DNA of 64,000 nucleotides from an uncultured Gemmatimonadales bacterium (GTDB lineage Bacteria > Gemmatimonadota > Gemmatimonadetes > Gemmatimonadales > Gemmatimonadaceae), in the NCBI GenBank assembly GCA_963793305.1, contig CAWBZV010000005.1:1408001-1472000 (forward strand), given 5' to 3'. This document shows positions 36,001-45,127 of this stretch, one piece after another. The notes beneath the pieces are model-generated. The model saw only the letters and a list, made by a program, of their open reading frames with translations, had not been told where the DNA came from and ran no database searches. Numbering within the stretch: the first letter of the stretch is position 1; every line of letters starts with the position of its first letter. The position numbers and the translations under genes were made by a program.

Positions 36001-36056
36001 GTCGTTATAATGGTTGAATAGCCATTATAATGGCGACAAGGCCGTTATAATGTCAA
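36001..36056. promoter_or_regulatory. Three palindromic 14-bp operators at 20-bp period, plus minus-strand TTGACA
   Basis: GTCGTTATAATGGT (36001), GCCATTATAATGGC (36021, perfect palindrome), GCCGTTATAATGTC (36041); tgtcaa at 36051-56. Confidence 0.75.
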
Positions 36057-36376
36057 GAGCCTTGGTGACCGTGAAACGCCTTTGCGTCCTCGAGTACCCG
36101 CAGGGCTTGCTCGCGCGTTACGCCGGGGAAACTGTCTAGCCAATCGGTCAGCGTCTCCCCATCTGCTAGCCATTCGAACAGAGACGCAACGGGCACGCGC
36201 GTCTCCACGAACACAGGTTCGCCCCCTAGAATCTCGGGATTGCTATGCACGACGCGGTCGCCCGTACGCTGCCCCGAATGCTTATCATGATCAATGTGTA
36301 GTTCGTTGGTCTCTATTCCGGCAACGTGTAAGCTTTCGCCGTTCACGCTACACGCGAGTGCAGCCAACTCCATCAT
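36053..36376 (-). CDS. DUF433-domain protein (start uncertain)
   Basis: NPEILGGEPVFVETRVPV...GET...FPGVTREQ. Confidence 0.75.
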   Translation of the reverse strand: MMELAALACSVNGESLHVAGIETNELHIDHDKHSGQRTGDRVVHSNPEILGGEPVFVETRVPVASLFEWLADGETLTDWLDSFPGVTREQALRVLEDAKAFHGHQGS

Positions 36377-36392
36377 CGCCTAGATTTCCCGC

Positions 36393-36741
36393 GTGACGAA
36401 CCGCCAGACGATCAGCCTGCACGGGATGCGGTTTCACGCCCTCATCGGCATTCTGCCCCACGAAGCCGAGTTCCCACAACCGGTGGAGATCGACCTCACG
36501 GTTTGGCGCGACCGGAGCGGGGCCGAGTTCATGGACTATCGTCGCCTCTACGAGATCGCCGCAAATGCCCTTGCCGTTGGCCACGGCCCGTATCTCGAAG
36601 ACGTAGCCGAGCACGTCGCCGAGCAGGCGCTCGGGCTCAACGGGCGTCGATGGAGTGCGCGTGGCGGTGCGCAAGCCGCATGTGGCGCTTCCGGGGCCGC
36701 TGGATTACGCCGAGGTCGTCGTGGAGCGCACGACGAAATGA
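36393..36741 (+). CDS. folB: Dihydroneopterin aldolase; +1 frameshift near 36642
   Basis: GMRFHALIGILPHE...Q, DY; corrected end VRVAVRKPHVALPGPLDYAEVVVERTTK*. Confidence 0.85.
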
Positions 36742-37160
36742 CGAGCCGCGAGATCGCCTTTGTGGCGCTCGGATCGAACCTCGGGGATCGCGCCGGGTAT
36801 CTGGCAGAGGCCCGCGAGGCTATGGCGGCCCTGCCGGGGACCCGGATCGTTGGCGAGAGCGAGGTTGAGGAGACAGCGCCGATTGGGCCGGTGGGGCAGG
36901 GGCCCTATCTGAATCAAATGGTGGCGTTGGAAACCTCCCTCGCGCCCCACGAGTTATTGTCCCAGTTGCAGGCTATCGAGCACGCCGCGGGGAGAGTGCG
37001 CACGCAGCGCTGGGGACCGCGGACGCTCGATCTCGACATCGTCCAGTTCGGCGATCGCACGATCCGGGATCCGGATCTCGTGGTCCCGCACCCAGAGTTG
37101 CCTCACCGCGACTTCTGGCAACGCGAGCTCTCCCAGCTGCGCACCGGAGCTATCCCATGA
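36738..37160 (+). CDS. folK: 6-hydroxymethyl-7,8-dihydropterin pyrophosphokinase
   Basis: ALGSNLGDR, YLN, RWGPRTLDLDI, VPHP. Confidence 0.94.
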   Translation: MTSREIAFVALGSNLGDRAGYLAEAREAMAALPGTRIVGESEVEETAPIGPVGQGPYLNQMVALETSLAPHELLSQLQAIEHAAGRVRTQRWGPRTLDLDIVQFGDRTIRDPDLVVPHPELPHRDFWQRELSQLRTGAIP

Positions 37161-38005
37161 GCGTGTACACCGTCACTCCTCCCCCGAGCGCCCACAACGG
37201 ACGCGCGTCCCGTTCCACGGTCGCGGACTTCGCCTCCAAGAGAGCGAAGGGCGAGCGTCTGGTCGTGGTTACCGCGTACGATGCAATGTTCGCGCGACTC
37301 GTCGACGAAGCCGACGTTGACGCGATCCTGGTCGGTGACTCGGTCGGCAATGTCGTCGCCGGGTACGACAGCACCGTCCCGGTCACGCTCGACCAGATGA
37401 TCTACCACGCGTCGGCGGTGAAACGCGGCTCGTCGCGCGCGTTGCTCATGGTCGACATGCCCTTCCTGACCTATCAGGTGAGCATCGAGCGCGCCCTGCT
37501 CAACTGCGGCCGGGTGTTCCAGGAAGCGGGTGCGCAGGCGGTGAAGATCGAGGGCGGCTCACCGGAGCTCGCGGCTACGATCCAGGCGCTCGTACGAGTT
37601 GGGATGCCGGTCATGGCACACCTAGGCTACACCCCGCAGTCCGTCAACGCATTGAGCGGGCCCCGGGTGCAAGCGCGACTGCCGCAAGCCGCCAATGATC
37701 TCGTCGATGCCGCCAAGCGGCTCGAGGACGCGGGCGCGTTCGCGATCCTGCTCGAGCTGATCCCGGCCGAAGTCGCCGCGCGGGTGACCGCGGCGGTGTC
37801 GGTCCCGACGATCGGCATCGGGGCCGGACCGGAGTGCTCCGGGCAAGTACTGGTACTCCATGATCTCCTCGGGCTGAACGACACGTTCACGCCGCGCTTC
37901 TTGAAGCGCTACGCGGCCCTGGCCGAAGACGTCCGCGGCGCGATCCGCGCGTTCGGGACCGACGTCCGGTCCGGCGCATACCCGGATGCCGCGCACAGCT
38001 TCTAG
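37157..38005 (+). CDS. panB: Ketopantoate hydroxymethyltransferase
   Basis: TAYD, ILVGDS, VKIEGG, IGIGAG, GQVLV. Confidence 0.96.
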   Translation: MSVYTVTPPPSAHNGRASRSTVADFASKRAKGERLVVVTAYDAMFARLVDEADVDAILVGDSVGNVVAGYDSTVPVTLDQMIYHASAVKRGSSRALLMVDMPFLTYQVSIERALLNCGRVFQEAGAQAVKIEGGSPELAATIQALVRVGMPVMAHLGYTPQSVNALSGPRVQARLPQAANDLVDAAKRLEDAGAFAILLELIPAEVAARVTAAVSVPTIGIGAGPECSGQVLVLHDLLGLNDTFTPRFLKRYAALAEDVRGAIRAFGTDVRSGAYPDAAHSF

Positions 38006-38888
38006 CAAGGGGGGTTTGGGGGAACTCCCCCAAACCCCCTCGCTCGTTCATCGCCCCGATGACCTACGCGCGTTGCTGGCCGAGCATCGCGTGCGGGGCG
38101 GCACGGTGGGGTTCGTCCCGACGATGGGCGCGCTGCACGCCGGCCATCTCTCGCTGGTCGATGCAGCCCGTGCGCGCTCGGACCTCGTGGTGATGAGCGT
38201 GTTCGTCAATCCGCTCCAGTTCGGACCGAACGAGGACTTCGCCGCCTATCCCCGGGACCTCGCGGCTGATCGGGCGCTCGCCGCGTCGCGGGGCGTCGAT
38301 GTCGTGTTCGCGCCTGACACCGAAGCGCTCTACCCCAAGACTGGAGCGGCGCCGGTCCGTGTCATTCCCGAGCTGGACCCGCCACGGTGGGAAGCCGCCG
38401 TTCGGCCCGGACACTTTGCCGGCGTGTTGACGGTCGTGGCGAAGCTCTTCAACATCGTGCGACCCGATGTCGCCGTGTTCGGACAGAAGGATATCCAACA
38501 AGCCACGCTGATCCGGGCAATGACCGCCGCGCTCGACTTTCCGATCGACCTCGTGATCGCGCCGATTGTGCGTGAGGCAGACGGGCTGGCGATGTCGAGC
38601 CGGAATGTCTACCTGTCGGCCGAGGAACGGATACACGCACGCGCGCTGTCGCGCGCGTTGCGCGTGGTCGAGGACCGATGGCGAGCGGGCGAGCGGAGCG
38701 GGAACGCGTTGGAATCGGCGGGAAAGGCGATACTCGCCGCGGAGACCGGCGTCAGCACCGATTATTTCGCCGTCGTGGAACCCGCGCGACTGGAGCCGAC
38801 CCCACAGCCGGGACCAGGTAGTGTGGTGATAGTAGCCGCCCGCGTTGGACGTACCCGCTTGCTGGACAACATTATTCTCGGCGCATGA
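37986..38888 (+). CDS. panC: Pantothenate synthetase (start 37986 or TTG 38016)
   Basis: PTMGALHAGH, FVNPLQF, FGQKD, AMSSRN. Confidence 0.95.
   Translation: MPRTASSKGGLGELPQTPSLVHRPDDLRALLAEHRVRGGTVGFVPTMGALHAGHLSLVDAARARSDLVVMSVFVNPLQFGPNEDFAAYPRDLAADRALAASRGVDVVFAPDTEALYPKTGAAPVRVIPELDPPRWEAAVRPGHFAGVLTVVAKLFNIVRPDVAVFGQKDIQQATLIRAMTAALDFPIDLVIAPIVREADGLAMSSRNVYLSAEERIHARALSRALRVVEDRWRAGERSGNALESAGKAILAAETGVSTDYFAVVEPARLEPTPQPGPGSVVIVAARVGRTRLLDNIILGA
38009..38040. repeat. Strong inverted repeat (13-bp perfect stem) at the panB/panC junction
   Basis: GGGGGTTTGGGGG-AACT-CCCCCAAACCCCC. Confidence 0.85.
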
Positions 38889-39430
38889 CCGAGACCGTCG
38901 AGCTCCCACCGTGGGCGATCGTCAGCGACAAGCGCCGCGCGCACATCGCCCGGGTGACCGCGCTGATCGACGCGTGGGCCGACGCGATGCGACTCGAGCC
39001 GGCCGTGCGCCAGGAGTGGCATGACGCCGCGCGCTGGCATGATGCGCTGCGCGATGCGCCTGAGGCGCTGCTCCGCGAGCTCGCGGTTGGATTTCCGGTG
39101 GCCGACGCTAGCCTTTTGCACGGTCCCGCGGTCGAAGCTCGCCTCCGTCGCGATGGCGAGCACCGGACCGCGGTCCTCGACGCCGTCCGGTGGCACACGA
39201 TCGGACACAAGGGGTGGACACGCACGGGGAAGGCGCTGTTCATGGCCGATTTCCTGGAGCCCGGACGATCCTTTATGAGGGCCGAGCGCGGCTACCTCGC
39301 GCACCAGGTGCCGCACGATTTCGACGGGACGTTCCGCGAGGTCGTCCGGGTCCGGCTGGAGGGGACGCTCCGCGACGGGAAGCCGCTGTTCCTCGAAACA
39401 GTCGATTTGTGGAACTCGATACGCGGCTAA
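38885..39430 (+). CDS. YqeK-like HD-domain hydrolase
   Basis: RRAH, WHD, LLHG, WHTIG, ADFLEPGR. Confidence 0.75.
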   Translation: MTETVELPPWAIVSDKRRAHIARVTALIDAWADAMRLEPAVRQEWHDAARWHDALRDAPEALLRELAVGFPVADASLLHGPAVEARLRRDGEHRTAVLDAVRWHTIGHKGWTRTGKALFMADFLEPGRSFMRAERGYLAHQVPHDFDGTFREVVRVRLEGTLRDGKPLFLETVDLWNSIRG

Positions 39431-39810
39431 CCCTCGCCGCACTCGTGCTGCTCGCGTGTGCACGCGACCCCGCGCCTCAGCGCGAGAGCGCGGGCGGTGC
39501 GATCGAAGCGCCTACCGAGCGCATTCGAGTCGAGGTGCTGAACGCGACCAAGGTCCATGGGCTCGCCCGCAGGGCGACCGAGTATCTCCGTGACCGTGGC
39601 TTCAATGTCGTCGCATCGGGCACGGCCCGCGAGCAGCGTGACTCGACGCTGATCATCGACCGCACGAACCATCCCGTATGGGCCGGCCGGGCCGCGCGCG
39701 CATTCAACGGCGCGCGCGTCGAGCTCGCGCCCGACAGCTCACGCTACGTGGACATCACGGTCCTGCTCGGCGCCACGTGGCGACCGCCGGCCGAGCCGTT
39801 CTACCCGTAG
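39409..39810 (+). CDS. LytR C-terminal domain lipoprotein
   Basis: LLAC lipobox; VEVLNAT...GLARRA...GFNV; DITVLLG. Confidence 0.8.
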   Translation: MELDTRLTLAALVLLACARDPAPQRESAGGAIEAPTERIRVEVLNATKVHGLARRATEYLRDRGFNVVASGTAREQRDSTLIIDRTNHPVWAGRAARAFNGARVELAPDSSRYVDITVLLGATWRPPAEPFYP

Positions 39811-40806
39811 CTGGCCGCAGGCGGCGCTGATGTCGACGCCGCGACTCTTCCGAATCGCCACCTCGACGCCGCGCTTTCTCAAGGTCCCCGCGAACGCCGC
39901 GGTGGCTTTCGCGCTACTCGGCGTGAAGCCGAGCGCGCCGCCGGGGTGCAGCGGGATGAGGTTTACGAACGCTCCACACTTTCTGGCGAGCGCCGCCAGC
40001 TGCTCGGCCTGCGCCGGGCTGTCGTTCACGCCGCCCAAGAGCACGTACTCGAACGTCACTCGGCGTACCAGCGTCTTCGCGGCCTCGATGAGTTGATCAA
40101 GCGGGTACTTCGTGTTGATCGGCATGAGCTGTTGGCGTAATGCGTCGGTCGGCGCGTGAACGGACAGCGCCAGACGAAACTGCTCAGGTCTCGCCGCCAA
40201 CGCCTGAATGCCGGGCAAAACGCCGACGGTGGACACGGTGATGTGGCGCGCCCCAATGCCGAGCGCGCCCGGATCGTTGAGCAAGGACAACGCAACGTCC
40301 ACCGCCTTCCAGTTCATGAGCGGCTCGCCCATGCCCATGAACACGATGTTGGTCGGGCGGATGCCGAGCAGCAGCATCTCACGCACCTGGCCGGCGATCT
40401 CGAACGGGCGCAAGTTCCGCGCAAATCCCATGGCGCCGGTCGCGCAAAACGCACATTGGAGCGCGCACCCGGCTTGGGACGAAATGCACAAGGTGAGTCG
40501 ATTCTGTTCCGGTATGGCGACGGTCTCGATGCCCTCACCGTCATCGAGTCGAAACAGAAACTTCTCGGTTCCGTCAGAAGAGCGTTGACGGGTGTCAAGC
40601 GTCAGGCGAGGGAGCGAAAACGTGGCGCCGAGACGCTCCCGCAGGGCAACCGGTAGCTCGGTCATGTCCGCGAACGACGCCGTGGGATTCCGCCACAGGC
40701 GGTCCGCGACCTGACGGGCACGGTATGCCGGCTCGCCCGCCTCATGCATGAAGCGTGCGAGCCGTTGTTCCGCTTCGGCGCGCGGCAAGTCGAGCAGGTT
40801 GTCCAT
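39739..40806 (-). CDS. rlmN: 23S rRNA m2A2503 / tRNA radical SAM methyltransferase
   Basis: CISSQAGCALQCAFCATG, FMGMGEP, AACGQL. Confidence 0.95.
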   Translation of the reverse strand: MDNLLDLPRAEAEQRLARFMHEAGEPAYRARQVADRLWRNPTASFADMTELPVALRERLGATFSLPRLTLDTRQRSSDGTEKFLFRLDDGEGIETVAIPEQNRLTLCISSQAGCALQCAFCATGAMGFARNLRPFEIAGQVREMLLLGIRPTNIVFMGMGEPLMNWKAVDVALSLLNDPGALGIGARHITVSTVGVLPGIQALAARPEQFRLALSVHAPTDALRQQLMPINTKYPLDQLIEAAKTLVRRVTFEYVLLGGVNDSPAQAEQLAALARKCGAFVNLIPLHPGGALGFTPSSAKATAAFAGTLRKRGVEVAIRKSRGVDISAACGQLRVERLGRRSPRGAEQDRDVHVA

Positions 40807-40866
40807 GGGTCCCGTGCGGTTAGTTTTCAGTATCTGGATGAAGACTAACCGACCAATCCGGGGGAC

Positions 40867-42633
40867 GTGACGCCCGCTTACGACTCCCCCGCGGCGACCG
40901 CGTTGCGTACGGACTATGCTGGTGCGCTGCGCGCAGCCGATGCGGGCCGGACCGTTCGCCTGGGTGGGTGGGTCCACCGCTCCCGCGATCTGGGCGGCAT
41001 CGTATTCATGGACCTCCGAGACCGCGCCGGTCTCGTGCAGGTCTCCTTCGATCCTCGCTGGACGCCGCCGGAAGTGCTGACTCTCGCGTCATCGGTGGGG
41101 GTCGAAAGCACCGTGCTGATCACCGGCGAGGTCGCGCTTCGCCCATCGGACGCTCGCAATCCCGAGCTCGCCAGCGGCGACGTGGAAGTCCGCGCGCTGT
41201 CGTTGCGCGTGGTCGGGCCGGCGGTCACGCCCGCGATTCCCGTCGCGCGCGGGAAGGGTGAGCAGTTGGCAGCCGAAGAACTGCGTCTTCGGCACCGGTT
41301 TCTCGACCTGCGGCGTCCGGAGCTGCAAGCCAACCTGATATTGCGGCACCGGCTGATGCAGGTGGCGCGCGCGTACTTGAGCAAGAAAGGCTATCTCGAA
41401 ATCGAGACGCCGATTCTCACGCGCCCGACGCCAGAGGGCGCGCGCGATTATCTCGTGCCGTCGCGCGTGCACGAAGGGGAGTTCTACGCGCTTCCGCAGT
41501 CGCCCCAGCTCTATAAGCAGCTGCTGATGGTCTCGGGCTACGACCGCTATTTCCAGATCGCGCGTTGCTTCCGCGATGAGGATCTTCGGGCGGATCGCCA
41601 ACCAGAGTTCACGCAGATCGACATCGAGTCTTCGTTCATCGAGCGCGAAGATATCCTGACGTTGGCCGAGGGTCTCCTCCACGCGCTGTTCGCCGAGGCC
41701 GGGGTCAAGATTCCCGAGCGCTTCGCTCGGATGACGTATGCCGAGGCCATGGAGCGCTACGGGTCGGACCGACCGGATTTGCGATACGGCATCGAGTTGT
41801 TCGACTCGAGCGATCTCTTTCGTGACACCGAATTCACCATCGCGCGGACGGCGCTGGCACACGGGGGACGAGTGCGCGGCCTTCGCGTACCCGGTGGGGC
41901 CTCGTTATCACGAAAACAGGTCGACGAGCTCGAAGCCGTCGCCAAGAGCGCCGGGGCCGCTGGCCTTATCAGGCTCAAACGTGGGACGGACGGGGTCGAA
42001 GGCCCGGCGGCCAAGTTCTTGGGCGGGCGCATGGAGCTCGCCGAAGGTGAGCTCGCGCTGCTCGTGGCTGACCGCGACAGTGTCACGAATCCTGCTCTGG
42101 ATCGTGTACGACAGGAGGTCGCCCGCCGCTTGAGCGTCGTACCGGATGGCGCCCAGGAATTTTTGTGGGTGTTGGACTTCCCGATGTTCGAGTGCGATCC
42201 GGAGACTCGACAGCTGGCGGCCATGCACCACCCGTTCACCGCGCCGCATCCTGACGACGTTGGCCTGCTGGACACTGCTCCCGACCGCGCCCGCGCGGTC
42301 GCCTACGATGTCGTGCTCAACGGCACCGAGCTCGGCGGTGGCAGCGTGCGTATCAGCGACCCTGCGCTCCAAGAAAAGGTCTTTGGACTGCTGGGGATCG
42401 ACGAAGAGACCGCCCGCGCACGCTTCGGCTTCCTCTTGGAAGGCCTCCGCGGCGGCGCCCCGCCGCACGGCGGCATCGCGTTCGGGTTCGACCGGATCGC
42501 GATGATGCTCGCTGGCGCCGGATCCCTGCGCAACGTCATTGCGTTCCCCAAGACGACGGCCGCGCGCGCGTTGTTCGAAGGGGCGCCGTCGGCGGTGCCC
42601 GAAGCCGACCTCGAGGCCTTACACCTCAAGTGA
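40867..42633 (+). CDS. aspS: Aspartate--tRNA ligase
   Basis: PEGARDY, LPQSPQLYKQ, FRDEDLRADRQPEF, PPHGGIAFGFDR. Confidence 0.97.
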   Translation: MTPAYDSPAATALRTDYAGALRAADAGRTVRLGGWVHRSRDLGGIVFMDLRDRAGLVQVSFDPRWTPPEVLTLASSVGVESTVLITGEVALRPSDARNPELASGDVEVRALSLRVVGPAVTPAIPVARGKGEQLAAEELRLRHRFLDLRRPELQANLILRHRLMQVARAYLSKKGYLEIETPILTRPTPEGARDYLVPSRVHEGEFYALPQSPQLYKQLLMVSGYDRYFQIARCFRDEDLRADRQPEFTQIDIESSFIEREDILTLAEGLLHALFAEAGVKIPERFARMTYAEAMERYGSDRPDLRYGIELFDSSDLFRDTEFTIARTALAHGGRVRGLRVPGGASLSRKQVDELEAVAKSAGAAGLIRLKRGTDGVEGPAAKFLGGRMELAEGELALLVADRDSVTNPALDRVRQEVARRLSVVPDGAQEFLWVLDFPMFECDPETRQLAAMHHPFTAPHPDDVGLLDTAPDRARAVAYDVVLNGTELGGGSVRISDPALQEKVFGLLGIDEETARARFGFLLEGLRGGAPPHGGIAFGFDRIAMMLAGAGSLRNVIAFPKTTAARALFEGAPSAVPEADLEALHLK

Positions 42634-43592
42634 CCGATACCGTCGTGACTCAGCGCCTCTCGACCGAAGGCGCCGACTTGTTGACGCTCGCTGGCGTGAA
42701 TGACGCAAACCTGATCGAGCTCGCCCGCCTGTCGGGTGCCAAGGTCGCGTTGCGCGGCGACGCGCTCTCGATCACGGGCGCCGGTGACCAGGTCGACCGC
42801 GCGGCCGGGGTCGCGACGCGCATGATCGAGTCCGCGCGCCAGCGCTCGCCGGTGACGCCCGACGATGTCATGCGGATGCACTCGGAAGACTGGCAACCGT
42901 CGAGTGGGTCGCTCGCGACCCCCGACGTGACGCGCATTGCGTTGCCGGGCGTTCGCAAGGTCATTCAGCCGAAAACGCCAGGCCAGGCCGAGTACCTGGC
43001 GCAGATCGCCGAGAACGACATCGTCGTCGGCATAGGCCCGGCTGGCACGGGCAAGACGTATCTCGCGGTCGCGGCGGCCGTCGACGCCCTGATGCGGAAA
43101 CGCGTCCGTCGCATCGTGCTCGCTCGCCCGGCCGTCGAAGCGGGCGAGAACTTGGGCTTCCTGCCGGGCGACATGCAGGCCAAGGTCGACCCGTATCTGC
43201 GCCCGCTCTACGATGCGCTCGACGAGATGATGCCCGCCGAGCGCATTCAGCGCGCGTTGGAAACCCGAACCATCGAGATCGCGCCGCTGGCGTTCATGCG
43301 CGGCCGCACGCTGGGCAATGCATTCGTGATTCTGGATGAAGCGCAGAACGCGACCAATCTCCAGATGAAAATGTTCTTGACGCGTCTGGGCGTGAACTCG
43401 AAGATCGTGATCACGGGCGACAAGACGCAGATCGACCTGCCGAGACGGGAAGAGTCGGGGCTGATTCAGGTCGAGCGCATTCTGCGCGACATCGAGGGCA
43501 TCGCGTTCCACTACTTCACCGACGCCGATGTGGTCCGCCACCGCTTGGTGCGCGATATCATCAAGGCCTACGCCGTGGACGACGGAGACTAG
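42630..43592 (+). CDS. phoH: PhoH-family ATPase (YbeZ-like)
   Basis: GPAGTGKT, RPAVEAGE, MRGRT, DEAQN. Confidence 0.93.
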   Translation: MTDTVVTQRLSTEGADLLTLAGVNDANLIELARLSGAKVALRGDALSITGAGDQVDRAAGVATRMIESARQRSPVTPDDVMRMHSEDWQPSSGSLATPDVTRIALPGVRKVIQPKTPGQAEYLAQIAENDIVVGIGPAGTGKTYLAVAAAVDALMRKRVRRIVLARPAVEAGENLGFLPGDMQAKVDPYLRPLYDALDEMMPAERIQRALETRTIEIAPLAFMRGRTLGNAFVILDEAQNATNLQMKMFLTRLGVNSKIVITGDKTQIDLPRREESGLIQVERILRDIEGIAFHYFTDADVVRHRLVRDIIKAYAVDDGD

Positions 43593-43596
43593 CGCC

Positions 43597-45054
43597 GTGA
43601 ACCTCTGGCGCCAGCTCGACCGGATCGCGCCCCGCGCGGGCGTGCAGCGCACCATTCTGGTGGTGCTCTCGCGCGCCGCGTTGATCGTGGGGTTGAGCGT
43701 GGCGACGGTGTTTATGTTCTCGTTCGGCGACCAGCATAGCCCGAGCGCGACGCATCTCTTCGGCCACTTCCTGTCGGACCTGCTGGTGCTGTCGGTGTTC
43801 GCCGGCACGCTCGCGCTCTATCGCCCGCAACTCTACCAGTCGTTCCGCGCCGTCGCCCTGTTCGCGCTGTTGTTCTTGGGCGTCCTTGGCGTCGCCGCGG
43901 CGGTCGCGCGCGCCGAGACGCCACACGTCGAGTTCATTCCCATCGCGATGATGGGGATCTTGCTCAGCGTGCTGTTCGACCCGCGCGTGAGCGTCTTCGC
44001 GGCGCTCGTCCTGGCGACGTTGATCGACATCCAGCCCGCCTATCACGGCACCGACGCGCCGTTCATTCTCCTCGTGGGCGGCGTCGCCGCGGCGTTCAGC
44101 GTGCGCGTGATCCGGCGCCGCGATCAGGCCTACTATTCGATTCTCGTCACGGCCGCGGCGTATGTCATGGCCGAGATCGCGATCGGGCTGACCAATGGCT
44201 GGCCCGCGCGGCAGATCTGGTGGGGGATCGGGTTCGGGATCGTGAACGCGATCGTGTCGGTCGCGTTGGCGCTCATGCTGCTGCCGACGCTCGAGGAGCT
44301 CACGGGCGTCGATACCTATCTCAAGCTGCTGGAGTGGTCGGACTTGAACCGGCCGCTGATGCAGCGCCTGTCCGTCGAAGCGCCGGGCACGTTCGCGCAC
44401 AGCATGCGCTTGGCGAATCTCGCCGAAGCGGCGTGCAACGCGATCGGCGCCAACGGGCTGCTCTCCCGCGTCGGCGCGTACTATCACGATATCGGGAAGC
44501 TCAAGAAGCCCGAGTACTTCGTCGAGAACCAGCCGCGCGGGCGCAATCCGCACGACAAGCTCAAGCCGGCCACGAGTGCGGCGATCATTCGCAATCACGT
44601 GCGCGAGGGGCTCGAGCTGGCGGCCGAGAACAGCCTGCCGACGGCGATTCGCTCGTTCATCACTGAGCATCACGGTACTGCGCCAATCACGTACTTCCTC
44701 GAGAAAGCGAAAGAGCGCGACGGCACGCCGACGAACCCCGCCGATTTCGCGTATCCGGGGCCGATTCCCCAGTCGGCCGAGACCGCCATCTGCATGCTCG
44801 GCGATGGGATCGAGGCCTCGGCGCACGTGTTGCACGATCCGACGCCCGCCAAGATACGCGAAGTCGTCGATCACATCGTGCGCCAGCGGATCGACCAGGG
44901 CCAGCTGCGCGATGCGCCCCTCACGTTGAAGCAGTTGGAAACCATCAAAGAGCAATTCGTGCGGGTGCTCGTGGGGATGTACCACCACCGGATCGACTAT
45001 CCCACCACCGGCGGCGGCGTCACGTCGGAATTCGCGTCCGTCGCGACCCCGTGA
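43597..45054 (+). CDS. 7TM-HD phosphohydrolase (PgpH-like)
   Basis: Multiple TM helices followed by APGTFAHS, YHDIGK, EHHGT, YPGP. Confidence 0.85.
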   Translation: MNLWRQLDRIAPRAGVQRTILVVLSRAALIVGLSVATVFMFSFGDQHSPSATHLFGHFLSDLLVLSVFAGTLALYRPQLYQSFRAVALFALLFLGVLGVAAAVARAETPHVEFIPIAMMGILLSVLFDPRVSVFAALVLATLIDIQPAYHGTDAPFILLVGGVAAAFSVRVIRRRDQAYYSILVTAAAYVMAEIAIGLTNGWPARQIWWGIGFGIVNAIVSVALALMLLPTLEELTGVDTYLKLLEWSDLNRPLMQRLSVEAPGTFAHSMRLANLAEAACNAIGANGLLSRVGAYYHDIGKLKKPEYFVENQPRGRNPHDKLKPATSAAIIRNHVREGLELAAENSLPTAIRSFITEHHGTAPITYFLEKAKERDGTPTNPADFAYPGPIPQSAETAICMLGDGIEASAHVLHDPTPAKIREVVDHIVRQRIDQGQLRDAPLTLKQLETIKEQFVRVLVGMYHHRIDYPTTGGGVTSEFASVATP

Positions 45055-45092
45055 TGCAGCCCGTGATGCAGCCCGTGATGCAGCCCGTGATG
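45048..45092 (+). repeat. 12-bp tandem repeat CCCGTGATGCAG, 3.75 copies
   Basis: Copies start at 45048, 45060, 45072 and 45084 (partial). Confidence 0.9.
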
Positions 45093-45127
45093 GGGGTTGT
45101 GATGCGGTTCTCTGTGACGTGGCCCGC

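Noticed and set aside
36393..37160. Apparent FolB-FolK fusion
   Set aside because: The linker is out of frame; the FolB C-terminus (VRKPH) lies in another frame and ends in an ATGA overlap with folK
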